From the IMG/VR virus record IMGVR_UViG_2585427735_000009: DNA of 54,182 nucleotides; one strand, given 5' to 3'. The number at the start of each line of letters is the position of its first letter. Position 1 is the first letter of the stretch. Of this stretch, positions 10,532-20,760 are shown piece by piece. The position numbers and the translations under genes are program-made. The notes below the pieces were generated by a model. That model saw only the letters and a program-made list of their open reading frames with translations. It was not told the origin of the DNA and did not search any database. The DNA comes from a virus (lineage: Duplodnaviria > Heunggongvirae > Uroviricota > Caudoviricetes).

Positions 10532-11095
10532 TTATTCCTCTGACGGTCCGGCTTTTTCACCGGCGGCGGTTGCACCTGGCAGGCTGATGTGCGCCTTAAA
10601 TTCCGGTGTGCCTTCCGGTTCGGTGAAGGTTTCGTAATGGCGCAGGAAATCATCCAGCGAGCTGATATCCGTCAGCGGGTCGATCATTTCCTCGCATGAG
10701 AAATAAAGGGCGTACATCACGGCTCCGCTGTCGGCCTGCGTTTCGGTGTAACCGTTAACCGCCTTTTCAAAGTAAAGCGGTGAGGTTTTTTCGGTTCTGA
10801 AGCCGTTCAGTACGGCAATCAGGCGGGCCACAATCTGATAAAGTCCCGGACGGCTGACCTCACGGCCATTGAGCATGTCGCCGATGACGTAGAACACCCA
10901 GTGACTGACCAGACGCCCACGGGTACGCCCTTCACCGGCACCCAGCCAGGCAACATAGATAGCCGGGGCGTTAATCAGCATGGTGCGCAGCACGCTGTCG
11001 CTCCAGTCGCCGGGATGGGTGTCAACAGACACCAGTTCATTCCCGAAATACTCACGGATGCGGGCGATATATGCCTGTTCGGTTTCCGTAATCAT
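10532..11095 (-). CDS. Mu gp37-like head-tail joining/virion protein
   Basis: 187-aa ORF in conserved position between gp36-like and gp38-like genes. Confidence 0.55.
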   Translation of the reverse strand: MITETEQAYIARIREYFGNELVSVDTHPGDWSDSVLRTMLINAPAIYVAWLGAGEGRTRGRLVSHWVFYVIGDMLNGREVSRPGLYQIVARLIAVLNGFRTEKTSPLYFEKAVNGYTETQADSGAVMYALYFSCEEMIDPLTDISSLDDFLRHYETFTEPEGTPEFKAHISLPGATAAGEKAGPSEE

Positions 11096-11511
11096 ATAAA
11101 GCCCTTCTGGTTGCGCCCGAACACCGCCGCATCAGACTGCACCTGCGGTAAATCCCCGGATTCAGGGGCCGCACCGTCGGTATCCACGCCGACCGGCACA
11201 TTGCCGTTCATGACGTCTTTCAGCCAGGCCAGCGCCTCACGGTAACGGTCACGCGCCTGATCGGATGCCCGCTGATCGCACAGGTAATAAAAGGCAATCG
11301 TGCAGCAGTGCTGAACAAGAACCGCCGGAACCACCGCCAGCGGCAGCGTGTAACGGGAAGACAGATAGCTGTCGATAAGGGCAGACGCGTCCGTCAGTGC
11401 CCGGTTCAGCTTGCGCGTGTCCGGTTCATCCGAACGGGGCACGGCCAGTAATGGCCTGAGCAAATCCTCGCGGTAACGTGCCCGCATATCGGTTTCGGTG
11501 GCGTAATTCAT
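11092..11511 (-). CDS. Mu gp36-like head-tail connector protein
   Basis: 139-aa ORF, 4-nt overlaps with both neighbours. Confidence 0.55.
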   Translation of the reverse strand: MNYATETDMRARYREDLLRPLLAVPRSDEPDTRKLNRALTDASALIDSYLSSRYTLPLAVVPAVLVQHCCTIAFYYLCDQRASDQARDRYREALAWLKDVMNGNVPVGVDTDGAAPESGDLPQVQSDAAVFGRNQKGFI

Positions 11512-11867
11512 GCGCGCGCCTTTTTTGCCTGTCTGGCGTTATTGCCGGTCTTTTTCCGGGGAGCATCCTGTACGGTTTCGGCTTCGGCTAAATCTGCACC
11601 GGTCTCTGCATGAACCACCCCCGCCACGGCTCCCGCATCATCACCAGGCGTCTGTAGTATTCGTACAGTGAGGCATGGCTCCGCTTCCAGTCGGGCAAGC
11701 TGCTCCGGGGTGACGTCAACCTGCTGGCGTCCCCGCATGAACAGGAACCCCGCACGACGAAAATGCGTACGACTGCAACGCACTTCTGCCAGTACCGTGA
11801 CAGGACTGTCACCACTGACCTGAAGGCCTGAATCATCTGTTGCTGCCACAGTGTGATGTTCATTCAT
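11508..11867 (-). CDS. Hypothetical virion protein (Mu gp35 position)
   Basis: 119-aa ORF; ATG at 11867 preceded by GGAGGG RBS; preferred over the overlapping 91-aa frame. Confidence 0.45.
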   Translation of the reverse strand: MNEHHTVAATDDSGLQVSGDSPVTVLAEVRCSRTHFRRAGFLFMRGRQQVDVTPEQLARLEAEPCLTVRILQTPGDDAGAVAGVVHAETGADLAEAETVQDAPRKKTGNNARQAKKARA

Positions 11868-11910
11868 ATTTGCCCTCCGCAGGGGCCGGGCCGTAAGCCC
11901 GGCTCACCGT

Positions 11911-12858
11911 TTACAGATAATCCGCGACAACCAGCTCCAGCTTGCCCTTCATCTCGTTAGAGACTGTGGCGTTACCGTCCGCGAACAGCTCGCGCTCCAG
12001 CAGCTGCACCGCCTGTTTTTCCAGCGAAGTGGGGACAACAATATGGGTGGGTTTGATGCCGAGTTTGCGGCCACCGTCAGCCTTAAAGTCACGCATGGCT
12101 GACCAGCCGTGCCACAGCGCATCCAGCGTCAGCGGTGACTGCATCATGTAGGCCATCTGCCAGAAGCCGTAGCCCACATTGCGACGGGCGGAAGCACCGA
12201 ACACAAACTCGTTATCAGTAAACGCACGGCCTTCATCGACTTTTGTCTGGGCAACCAGTTCGGCCTTGCGGCGATCCTGGTAAATCAGCGGTTTTACCGC
12301 GCGGGAGCAGTCGAGCAGATACCAGGCCGGGCCACTGTAATCCGCCTGTGCACCGACAGAGCCGGTTTTTGCCACAAACATATTGCTGACCATCTGTGCA
12401 TCCCCGGAGCCATCCACTTTGGGGTAAACCGGGTGTTCGGTATCAAAGAAGTTCTGGCCGTCATAGCAGGCCGCACTGATCCCGTCACGCAGTGCAGCAA
12501 AGACCAGTTCATCCGGTTGTGCCGCCGCAGCGCGCCCCATCTCCTGGAACAATGGGGAGTAGATGCCAAGATTGTCGTCTTCGAAGTCATCGCGGCTAAT
12601 GGCGACGGTGCCTTCGAAGGTTTTGTTCACGATGGCGTAGCCATAGGCTTTCATCTTCTCGATGACGCGGGAGCCGATCCACTCACGGAACTGCGGGAAC
12701 TGCCCAAGCCAGCCGTAGGTGTTGGATTTCGACGTGGACGGTACGGTCATCGCAATTTTCTGGTACTGCGACGGAGCCATGGACATCCCGGCCTGAAAAT
12801 CAGAACGGTAGCCCGTCATCAGGGCGGTGATCATCGCCGGTGTAATCGGGGTAGGCAT
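11911..12858 (-). CDS. Major head subunit (Mu T-like)
   Basis: 315-aa ORF; translation matches Mu-type major capsid proteins; follows protease/scaffold gene. Confidence 0.85.
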   Translation of the reverse strand: MPTPITPAMITALMTGYRSDFQAGMSMAPSQYQKIAMTVPSTSKSNTYGWLGQFPQFREWIGSRVIEKMKAYGYAIVNKTFEGTVAISRDDFEDDNLGIYSPLFQEMGRAAAAQPDELVFAALRDGISAACYDGQNFFDTEHPVYPKVDGSGDAQMVSNMFVAKTGSVGAQADYSGPAWYLLDCSRAVKPLIYQDRRKAELVAQTKVDEGRAFTDNEFVFGASARRNVGYGFWQMAYMMQSPLTLDALWHGWSAMRDFKADGGRKLGIKPTHIVVPTSLEKQAVQLLERELFADGNATVSNEMKGKLELVVADYL

Positions 12859-13982
12859 TATTGCATTTCCTCTTTCATTTTCAGGAACTCGGCTTCGGTT
12901 TTACCCAGCAGATGGGCGGCGGCGATATCTTCAGCCGACAGCACAGCAGTGGCGGTCTTTTTATCCGGCACGGTCACGGTGTCGGTCTGAAGAGTGGTCA
13001 GAGCCGCAACCGGCTGGCGGGCGTCAAGCTGTGCAGAAAGTGCTGTAACGCCAATCTGTTGTCCGAGTCCTTCCATGTATCCGCGTTCGCTTTTGAAAAT
13101 GCGTCCTTCGGACTCAGCCTTATCCAGCAACTGCTCCAGCGTGGTGCTGCCGTGCTGTGCCGACAGCGCGACATATTCGGTACGCAGGGCGTTATACGTC
13201 TCAACGGGCACGTATTTCGTCAGATCAATAGTGCCGCCAGTTGGTGTGCCTTTTGCGGTTTCCAGCTCTGCCGACAGGCTGGCAACCTGCGTTTTCAGGG
13301 TGTCGTGCGCATCCGCACGGGTTTTGATCCCGGTAAGGGCAGACAGCGCCGCCGTGCCCAGTTCCGGTGTAAATTCGTCACCGTCGGCCACGGTCAGACC
13401 GAGCGCCGTCAGCAACTGGCGTAATTGCTCATTCATGGAGGTGTCCTTTAAAGGAGGGTTTAAGGCGTTATAAAGGTCATCCGCCGACAGTGCGGCGACA
13501 GGATTCATGCCAGTCAGACCGGGGTCACCGGTAATAGCCAGCATCCGAAGCTCAACAGGTTCACCGGTGATTTCGTCATAACCAATCACCGGGGAAAACC
13601 AGGGAAATTCGTTATTGCGCAGGTGTTCAATGGCCGGAGGGTTCCACTTCGGACGCACTTCAAAACCCCGCTCTTCACTGAAACGGAAGTTCTCCGGCGA
13701 GGCCATGACAAAACCGGCAGCCGGTGCCGCATGCCCCTCAATCAGTGACTGGTGGTTATAGTCAATCTTCACCGGCTGATTGAGTGCCACGACCCCGGAT
13801 ACCATACGCTCAACGGCCGCATGGTTAATCAGCCAGCCTTCCTCCGGTTTTTCCGGGCGACCGTCACGGGCCTTTACCCGACCGGCTGGCATGATCTGAC
13901 ACCAGTCACCGTCCCCGTCTGCGGACAGGCTGATGGCATTCAGAATGGCATAAGCAAGTTTGGGCGTGTTTTTCGTCTTCAT
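12858..13982 (-). CDS. Head maturation protease / scaffold (Mu I-like)
   Basis: 374-aa ORF with Mu I protease-like N-terminus; adjacent to major head gene. Confidence 0.8.
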   Translation of the reverse strand: MKTKNTPKLAYAILNAISLSADGDGDWCQIMPAGRVKARDGRPEKPEEGWLINHAAVERMVSGVVALNQPVKIDYNHQSLIEGHAAPAAGFVMASPENFRFSEERGFEVRPKWNPPAIEHLRNNEFPWFSPVIGYDEITGEPVELRMLAITGDPGLTGMNPVAALSADDLYNALNPPLKDTSMNEQLRQLLTALGLTVADGDEFTPELGTAALSALTGIKTRADAHDTLKTQVASLSAELETAKGTPTGGTIDLTKYVPVETYNALRTEYVALSAQHGSTTLEQLLDKAESEGRIFKSERGYMEGLGQQIGVTALSAQLDARQPVAALTTLQTDTVTVPDKKTATAVLSAEDIAAAHLLGKTEAEFLKMKEEMQ

Positions 13983-14159
13983 TCCGGCAGCATAAGCCGG
14001 TGTTTTTCGGGGCAGGTTTTGCGGGACTTCAGAAAGTGCTGACAGGGGAAAAATGAGAAAGGCGCTTCACGCAGATTTTAAAGCCCGTTAAATACAGGTT
14101 AGAAAATCACGACACGCGCCTGAAGAGGGTAAGGTAATGCGTTTGTATACCTTAAACCA

Positions 14160-14633
14160 TTACGGCGTTTCTGTGGCCTTTTTAAAGCGTTTTCTGATTT
14201 CGTCCATGATCTCCTGTTCTGCCACCTGATCAAAGCCCATATACGGACGTGCGCCAATGGCCGCCGGTCCCGGTGGCATACCAGGCAGGCCCCCCCACTG
14301 ATGAATGGCTGCATAAGGTTCATTTGATCCAATCAGCGCCCAGGTATCGCCATAATCCGTGGTCAGGCGGCGGGCCAGATCGCCGTTCAGCGTCAGGATT
14401 TTGCCGGGCGTGTATCCCTTACGGGTACGCCACTCACGGTAAGGATCTGACCAGTCATGCCAGCGTTCACCATCCGGCTCTTTTTCCTGCTCAAATGCCA
14501 TTTCTGACGATGACAGAAGACTCTCCGCCACACTGCGTGCCAGGTCTTTTCCGCTTCCCACAAACTGAAGCCGGGCAAAGACCCGCTGGAGACGCGCAAC
14601 GTCCACCACGACCGCCGCATCAATGGATGACAT
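14160..14633 (-). CDS. Virion morphogenesis protein (Mu G-like)
   Basis: 157-aa ORF; translation closely resembles Mu G family. Confidence 0.78.
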   Translation of the reverse strand: MSSIDAAVVVDVARLQRVFARLQFVGSGKDLARSVAESLLSSSEMAFEQEKEPDGERWHDWSDPYREWRTRKGYTPGKILTLNGDLARRLTTDYGDTWALIGSNEPYAAIHQWGGLPGMPPGPAAIGARPYMGFDQVAEQEIMDEIRKRFKKATETP

Positions 14634-14754
14634 ATTGCCTCCGCATAAAAGATGAATATAAAATAAACAGGCGGTCAGTGTACGCTTAACTGGTAAAGTC
14701 GGTGCCTGCCTCCGGGTGGATCATGTATGCGGGTTCGACCCCCGCCACTGACCG

Positions 14755-16086
14755 TTAATCAATTTGTCCTTCCAGCACCTCAAGCATTCCGCCCCGGATA
14801 TCCGATTTCAGCTTATCCATATTGATAACCCGGTAAGCATTCACAATCACATCCAGTTTGTCGGGCTGACGTTTCAGACTGTACGGTGCATTAACGGCAA
14901 TCTGCACACTGCCATCCTTATTTTCCACGATATACATCAGATTGTTGTGCCGTTTGTCCCACAGCACCGCTTTTGGCTTTGCCAGCATTGCCGGTAAGCG
15001 CCCGAAGTCCTCTGGCATCAGGGCGATGCCGTCATTCTGATGTTTCACACTGTCTGCATGGAGCACATTTTTACCGCTCATCGCCAGCAGGCGGGCCGGT
15101 GGCGTTCCCGTCCGGCTTTCCACTGCCTGCGCAATGCTTTCAGTCATAAAGCCCAGCGTGCGGATATCGTTACCACCTCGCCGGGTCTGCATGATGTTTT
15201 TTGCCCAGATGCGGAACGCCAGCTGCCGCTCCGGGCTGTTGTTCATCTCCTGAACCACCATTTCCCGTAACGCCGGGCTTTTCACCTCGATCAGTTTGCG
15301 GATCAGCGCCTGGTCTGTGCCGAACGCTGCCGAGCCGGGGTTATATGACCAGCCCACATCCGGTGTCATGGTTCTGGTGCCATCTGAATATGTGGTCACC
15401 GGCATTTCTCTGACTTCTCCGGTCTGTTTATCCACGCCAGCCTCAACATTGCGGGTGGAGAGATGATCCTCACCGGATGAAACGGATAACCCCATTGCAT
15501 CCAGACGGGCCTGAGACAATGGCCGCACACGGCAGCGACAGTTCCAGCCATTGGGCGGGTAGTGAGTATTCCAGAACGGATCATCATAGCGGAATACCAG
15601 CCCGTTAAGGGCGGAATGTGCCGGGCGGGTGCGGCTGTCCATCACCGCCACATACTGCCAGAACGGATGCGTGTCCGTGTTGTTCATCATCTGCGTGTAA
15701 CGCCCGGCATTGTAAGCCACACGGGTGTTCACGTTGTAAATCAGCGCCAGACGGCGGGGGCTGCCAAGCTGCACTTCTTCCGCGTTCCCTGCACTGTCCA
15801 CCACAATCTGCTTTCCCCACCATCCCAGCTTTTGCAGGCGGGGGGTCAGCGTGCGGATAAATGTTTTCTGTGAAATGCCCTCATCAACAGCACGCTGCAC
15901 TTCCGCCTGTAGTGTGGTCAGTACGTCCAGGCGTGCCACTTTTGCCGCCGTGAATGAACGGGCATGAACATCCGCGTCTGTTTCGAACCAGTTCCAGCTG
16001 ATATGCTCCCCTTTGGCGCGGAAGTATGCCACCGCCTCTTTTGAGGGAAGCGTGGCGGCATAACCTAAATCAATCCCCTGTGTCAT
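14755..16086 (-). CDS. Head morphogenesis protein (Mu F-like)
   Basis: 443-aa ORF directly after portal gene with 17-nt overlap; Mu F-like family. Confidence 0.82.
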   Translation of the reverse strand: MTQGIDLGYAATLPSKEAVAYFRAKGEHISWNWFETDADVHARSFTAAKVARLDVLTTLQAEVQRAVDEGISQKTFIRTLTPRLQKLGWWGKQIVVDSAGNAEEVQLGSPRRLALIYNVNTRVAYNAGRYTQMMNNTDTHPFWQYVAVMDSRTRPAHSALNGLVFRYDDPFWNTHYPPNGWNCRCRVRPLSQARLDAMGLSVSSGEDHLSTRNVEAGVDKQTGEVREMPVTTYSDGTRTMTPDVGWSYNPGSAAFGTDQALIRKLIEVKSPALREMVVQEMNNSPERQLAFRIWAKNIMQTRRGGNDIRTLGFMTESIAQAVESRTGTPPARLLAMSGKNVLHADSVKHQNDGIALMPEDFGRLPAMLAKPKAVLWDKRHNNLMYIVENKDGSVQIAVNAPYSLKRQPDKLDVIVNAYRVINMDKLKSDIRGGMLEVLEGQID

Positions 16087-17668
16087 CCAGCATCCCCTTC
16101 ATTTCCGCAGCGAACATGGCATCACTGAGCAGCGTCATCAGGCGGGAATCATCCATTTCACGATAAAGGGCAGGCAGGTCTGCCAGCGCATCCGCCAGCC
16201 CCCGCGTTCTGATGGCATCAATGACCGGCTCCAGTACCGGGTCGATGGCCTCCTGTAAGCGGCGGGCAGGCACCGCGTCCCCCATATCATCCAGTTCATC
16301 ACGCGGCGTGCTTTTCGCTTCCGGCAGTCTGGCTGACAGCGCCGTCTGCTCTGTTTTTTCCTGTTTTTCCGGTGGTGTTTCCCTGTCGGTCTGAGCCGGT
16401 TCATTGCCACTCTGACGGACACGGAATATGGCTTCACCGGGCGTGGGCTGCGGAATACCGGTCTGCTCCCGTATCCAGGGATCAGAAATATCCATCCCCG
16501 TACTGAGCTGCATCACCGCACTGGTGATTTTGGTGATATCACCTGGTTCTTTGGTCTGGAAGCAGATACGTGGCAGACGGCGGATATCAATAGTGTGCGT
16601 GGTGTTCAGGGCGTACAGCGGATACACCAGATCGCGGTTCAGGGTTGCAGCCAGCTGCCGTAAATCAGAATCCCTGATTTCCCGGCGCACCTCGTTATGC
16701 ACCTCACCCAGCGAGCGCGCGCCTTTGTCTCCGGCTTCCGTGGTCAGCGTGCCGCCGAGTATTGCTTTGGAGATGGAACGCTCCCCCCACGAAATCATGG
16801 TTTCAAATGGATCGGCCTGACCGTTTGCTGCCGCCTGAAATTCCAGCGACATCCCGGCCGGGATGATCCCGCCTGTACGTCGCCCGATATCCATCACCGC
16901 CCGCATCAGGGCGCTTTTCTGCTCCGGTGTTGCCCCGGACGGGTATTTCCCGACCTTCATCGGCAGTCCGTACACCTCCAGAAATTCGGCCAGATCGCGC
17001 ACGGAATAGTTTTTGAAAATGAACGGCCAGATAAGCGTCCTGACAAGCCCCGTTGCGCCACCGTAACCGGTCCGTGAACGTGACTGATGCACTATCCAGC
17101 CAAAAGGCTGAAACGCCACCCCGGCATGGCTGCCGTCACGCAGCCGCAGTTCGCTCAAATCATCCGGGTTAAGGCAGAAATGCCCGCTGTCACGCCAGCG
17201 GATGGCGCGGATGATGTGCATTTTACCGAGCATCCCGTGCTCAATTTCCATGCAGGAATAGCCCTTCAGGATGGCATCCGTGGCGTCAAACAGCATGGCA
17301 TCAAACCAGTCTGCGGAATGCAGATATTCGTCGAGCATTTCCGCGTCCTTTTTCTCATTCGCGCTGGCGTTCGGTGGCGGCTCAATACTCCATGGCACCC
17401 CCTGAATGGCAAGACGTCGCTTGCCCAGCTCCGCAAAAAGGTGGGTGTCCTTTTCTTCAATGTCAGCCGCCAGATCGGACTGGGCAATCAGGTCGCCACG
17501 TTCAGCCCCCCGAAGGCACTGCGCCGCCCGGTTCGGGGTGATACCCGAGGCGGGATGCTCAACATAACGGCTGGCAATCTGCGGAATATCCAGCGCGGTA
17601 CTCTGCATCTCCGGGTCAAAGGAGAGAGGTTTTCCGTCAAGATCAATTATGCGTCCCACTACCAGCAC
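16070..17668 (-). CDS. Portal protein (Mu H / gp29-like)
   Basis: 532-aa ORF between large terminase and F-like gene. Confidence 0.85.
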   Translation of the reverse strand: MLVVGRIIDLDGKPLSFDPEMQSTALDIPQIASRYVEHPASGITPNRAAQCLRGAERGDLIAQSDLAADIEEKDTHLFAELGKRRLAIQGVPWSIEPPPNASANEKKDAEMLDEYLHSADWFDAMLFDATDAILKGYSCMEIEHGMLGKMHIIRAIRWRDSGHFCLNPDDLSELRLRDGSHAGVAFQPFGWIVHQSRSRTGYGGATGLVRTLIWPFIFKNYSVRDLAEFLEVYGLPMKVGKYPSGATPEQKSALMRAVMDIGRRTGGIIPAGMSLEFQAAANGQADPFETMISWGERSISKAILGGTLTTEAGDKGARSLGEVHNEVRREIRDSDLRQLAATLNRDLVYPLYALNTTHTIDIRRLPRICFQTKEPGDITKITSAVMQLSTGMDISDPWIREQTGIPQPTPGEAIFRVRQSGNEPAQTDRETPPEKQEKTEQTALSARLPEAKSTPRDELDDMGDAVPARRLQEAIDPVLEPVIDAIRTRGLADALADLPALYREMDDSRLMTLLSDAMFAAEMKGMLDDTGD

Positions 17669-19323
17669 CCCCGTTCAAATTCATGATATGCCTCATCGTC
17701 ATCACGATAACCGCCCTCCATTGCCCGCGACCGCTCCGGCAGCGCCTGACAGGCTGATTCATCCAGGATGAATCCCTCCATGTATGACGCCCGGTTTGCC
17801 ATACAGAGTGCCACGGCAAAATCACCATGGCGGCGGGCGTTCGCAGCCGTTGCGTTCTGGTCCTTCGTGCGCCCCTTGTCGATTTGCGGGATACCATTCA
17901 CCACCTTCACATGGCGCAAATCATCAAGCGTGGTCTGATGGCGGGCGACGAGGATATTCTGATCTTCAAACTCGGCTTTCAGTTTTGGCATCCACTCGCC
18001 GTACCACTTCGGCGACAACATCACGCAGTCGATGATGTCCGGGCCAAAGGCCAGCAGTGCGGCTTCTGCCAGATAGCCGCCGTTACCGGTGGCGTCGAAC
18101 GCCGCACCGACCAGCGCCGGAACGCGGGTCAGGATGTACATCATCACCTGTTCCTGCTGGGCATACGGCAGGTTGCGCAGCTCCACGCGAAACACCTCGC
18201 GCTTTGCCAGGGATTCGGTGATTTCCAGCAGCACAAAGCAGGACAGGTCACCGGTGCGGGCAAAGTCTTCCCCGAAGCTGAAGCGGGAACGGGGATTTAA
18301 TTTCTCTAAAAGCGGTTTTAAATGTTCTTCACACCAGGTTAAAACTTCCGATTCACGCAGCCATGCGGCACGGCTGATGAAGTTGTCCGGGGCTTCAAAC
18401 GTCAGAATCGGGATGTCGCGGATCATCGCCATTTCAATAAGCGCGTGAGGAATATAGGCACCGCCGGATTTTTTCGGGATACAGCCGTATTCCTCGTCGG
18501 CATCCTCACGGGTCGGGGCGTTTTTGTAGAGATCATCACGCCATTTCTGCTCGCTTTCCGGTGACCATTCCTGATCGGTGACGTAACAGATACGACGGTA
18601 CAGCCCGTCCGCAATGGCATCATCCAGGGTTATGCGGTGGACGCTGTAATCCTTGCGCCCCTCGCGGGCTTCCTGAATGTACTGATTAAACAGATTATCG
18701 ACGCCGTTATGCGTGGAGATAATACGCACGCGCGCGCCCCACATAGTGAGCGCCATTGCCGCCTTGAGAAGCTCATCCAGTGACTCGTGGAACGCGGCTT
18801 CATCAATCACCACATCCCCCTGAAGGCCGCGCAGGTTTGACGGACGGGAAGACAGTGCCTGAATTTTGAATCCACTGTTCGGAAAGCGGATCATGTAGGT
18901 CAGAATTTCTTCTTTTTTATCCCGATCCCAGAAGGTCTGCTCATACACATCAGCATCCGCCAGCTGGTTAAAGGCGCGGGAGAACAGGGCGCAGGCAGAA
19001 ATATATTCCAGCGCCATCTCCTGCTTTGATCCCACATAAAACACATTGCGGCCACCACGACGCTTCGGTTTTGCAGCAGTAATGACGTTACGCCCGGCTT
19101 CCGCCCAGGTAAGACCGGTGCGGCGGGGTTTTTCCGCAATGCAGACCTGACTTTCATCCTCAAACCAGCGGGCCTGATAATCCAGAAACACCGGCATATC
19201 ACCGGGCAAATCAAGTCTGTCCGGCACATCCACGCCCAGCAGGGCTTTTTCACCGGACAGATCAATTTTGCGGGGAGGCGTCATTTGTATCAGTGAAGGA
19301 GACGTTTCTTTGGCTTTGTTCAT
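17659..19323 (-). CDS. Terminase large subunit (Mu gp28-like)
   Basis: 554-aa ORF; size and position upstream of portal. Confidence 0.88.
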   Translation of the reverse strand: MNKAKETSPSLIQMTPPRKIDLSGEKALLGVDVPDRLDLPGDMPVFLDYQARWFEDESQVCIAEKPRRTGLTWAEAGRNVITAAKPKRRGGRNVFYVGSKQEMALEYISACALFSRAFNQLADADVYEQTFWDRDKKEEILTYMIRFPNSGFKIQALSSRPSNLRGLQGDVVIDEAAFHESLDELLKAAMALTMWGARVRIISTHNGVDNLFNQYIQEAREGRKDYSVHRITLDDAIADGLYRRICYVTDQEWSPESEQKWRDDLYKNAPTREDADEEYGCIPKKSGGAYIPHALIEMAMIRDIPILTFEAPDNFISRAAWLRESEVLTWCEEHLKPLLEKLNPRSRFSFGEDFARTGDLSCFVLLEITESLAKREVFRVELRNLPYAQQEQVMMYILTRVPALVGAAFDATGNGGYLAEAALLAFGPDIIDCVMLSPKWYGEWMPKLKAEFEDQNILVARHQTTLDDLRHVKVVNGIPQIDKGRTKDQNATAANARRHGDFAVALCMANRASYMEGFILDESACQALPERSRAMEGGYRDDDEAYHEFERGCW

Positions 19324-19571
19324 CAGGCTTTACCTGTCAGAATGCTTTTGATTCGGAACTCAAGCTCTTCAGTCATCACGTCCACGCCACTCAACTCATC
19401 AGTGACAGCCTCTGCCAGCAGCGAATGCAGTTGTTCCAGGGATATTTCCCCGGCAATGCTGAGTTCAGTCAACTCACGACACGCTTTTATGGTTTCAGGA
19501 GGTAACTGTGTTGCAAGACTGAATGCCTTCTGATGAGCACTACTCATCAGTGAGCGGTTATCTGTTACCAC
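19323..19571 (-). CDS. Small protein paralogous to the C-terminus of the terminase small subunit
   Basis: 82-aa ORF; C-terminal ~30 aa (AEAVTDELSGVDVMTEELEFRIKSILTGKA) resemble the C-terminus of the adjacent 193-aa protein (ANAVTDELRGVDGMSEQIEFRIRQMLLGKA). Confidence 0.4.
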   Translation of the reverse strand: MVTDNRSLMSSAHQKAFSLATQLPPETIKACRELTELSIAGEISLEQLHSLLAEAVTDELSGVDVMTEELEFRIKSILTGKA

Positions 19572-19581
19572 GATTCACCTC

Positions 19582-20163
19582 CTACGCCTTACCAAGCAGC
19601 ATCTGCCTGATACGGAATTCTATCTGCTCGCTCATGCCATCCACGCCGCGCAACTCGTCGGTGACGGCGTTCGCCATCTCTTCAGCAAATGCGGCCCGGA
19701 TTTCTTTTTCACGCTTAATGCTGCGCTCGGCGGCACTTTCCGCACGCTGTGCCGACAGGAGGATGTCCTTAATAAGGCGCATATCCACATCGCTGTCGCT
19801 GTTCAGGGATTCGGTGGCAGCACGCAGACGGCGGTACATCAGGGCGCGGGACATTTCCAGAATCAGTGCCGTGGTTTCACCGGTCGGCTTGTCCCCCAGT
19901 TCGGCCATCATGGCTTTTGTCTGCTCGCGTAAATCACGCAGGTTACGGGCAATCAGCTCATTACGGGAGGCCTCCCGGCTGATGGCCGCCGGTGAAAGCT
20001 GCTGCTCTTCCGGCAGACCCGCCTCACGGATCAGGCGGTTGATTTCCTCGCGGATCTGGACCTGCGTCAGGCGTTTTTCACGCAGCATTTCCAGCAGCGG
20101 CTTACGGATGCTGTCGGGGAGCAAATCCACCTTGCGTACACGGCCACGCGTTGGCTTATCCAT
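19582..20163 (-). CDS. Terminase small subunit (Mu gp27-like)
   Basis: 193-aa ORF upstream of large terminase; basic N-terminus, Mu gp27 family. Confidence 0.7.
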   Translation of the reverse strand: MDKPTRGRVRKVDLLPDSIRKPLLEMLREKRLTQVQIREEINRLIREAGLPEEQQLSPAAISREASRNELIARNLRDLREQTKAMMAELGDKPTGETTALILEMSRALMYRRLRAATESLNSDSDVDMRLIKDILLSAQRAESAAERSIKREKEIRAAFAEEMANAVTDELRGVDGMSEQIEFRIRQMLLGKA

Positions 20164-20165
20164 CG

Positions 20166-20456
20166 TTACCCCCTTGCGCGTGGTTTCTTCACACCCGGAA
20201 CGGTGGCGCGGCCTTCCGCCACATCCTGACCCCGGCCGGTCAGTTCAACGATGAAATAACCGTTAACAAGCGTGCGCTTACGCACCAGTCCCTGCTCGGC
20301 AAGCCAGGCAATATGGGTATGCACGGTGTCGCGGGACACGCGGTGGCCGTAATCATCCAGGCAGTCCTGAAGCACGGATTCGCCCAGTTCGCCGTTGTAA
20401 TCCGCCAGCGACCGCAGAATGACAAGACGCTGATCTTCAGTAATGAAATCACTCAT
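20166..20456 (-). CDS. Mu gp26-like phage protein
   Basis: 96-aa ORF in conserved position upstream of small terminase. Confidence 0.45.
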   Translation of the reverse strand: MSDFITEDQRLVILRSLADYNGELGESVLQDCLDDYGHRVSRDTVHTHIAWLAEQGLVRKRTLVNGYFIVELTGRGQDVAEGRATVPGVKKPRARG

Positions 20457-20760
20457 TGTGTTTTTTCCTTACAGCCTGCTCCAGCAGCAGTTCGTTCTGG
20501 TGGGAGACGGATTTCAGGGTGGCATTGGTGGCCTTAAGCTCACCGCGCAGGGTGGTGATTTCGATATTGAGTCTGTTCACCTCCTGCTGCGTGGGCAGGC
20601 CGGAAATCCGGCTCTCCACCCGCTCAACCCGGTCGGAGAGTTTTTCAAAGGCCTCGCGGGGGACAAAGGTTTTGCGCATCAGCGCCATAAAGATCCCCCC
20701 GGCCGTGGCCGTTGCCGACAGGATCGGCACGACATAATCTTTAACGATGCTGATCCACAT
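20449..20760 (-). CDS. Mu gp25-like membrane-anchored coiled-coil protein
   Basis: 103-aa ORF; N-terminal hydrophobic segment then coiled-coil-like sequence. Confidence 0.45.
   Translation of the reverse strand: MWISIVKDYVVPILSATATAGGIFMALMRKTFVPREAFEKLSDRVERVESRISGLPTQQEVNRLNIEITTLRGELKATNATLKSVSHQNELLLEQAVRKKHNE

Noticed and set aside
11588-11863. 91-aa ORF overlapping the gp35-position gene
   Set aside because: Alternative frame of the same region; the 119-aa frame has a proper ATG and GGAGGG RBS, so this one is treated as non-coding.
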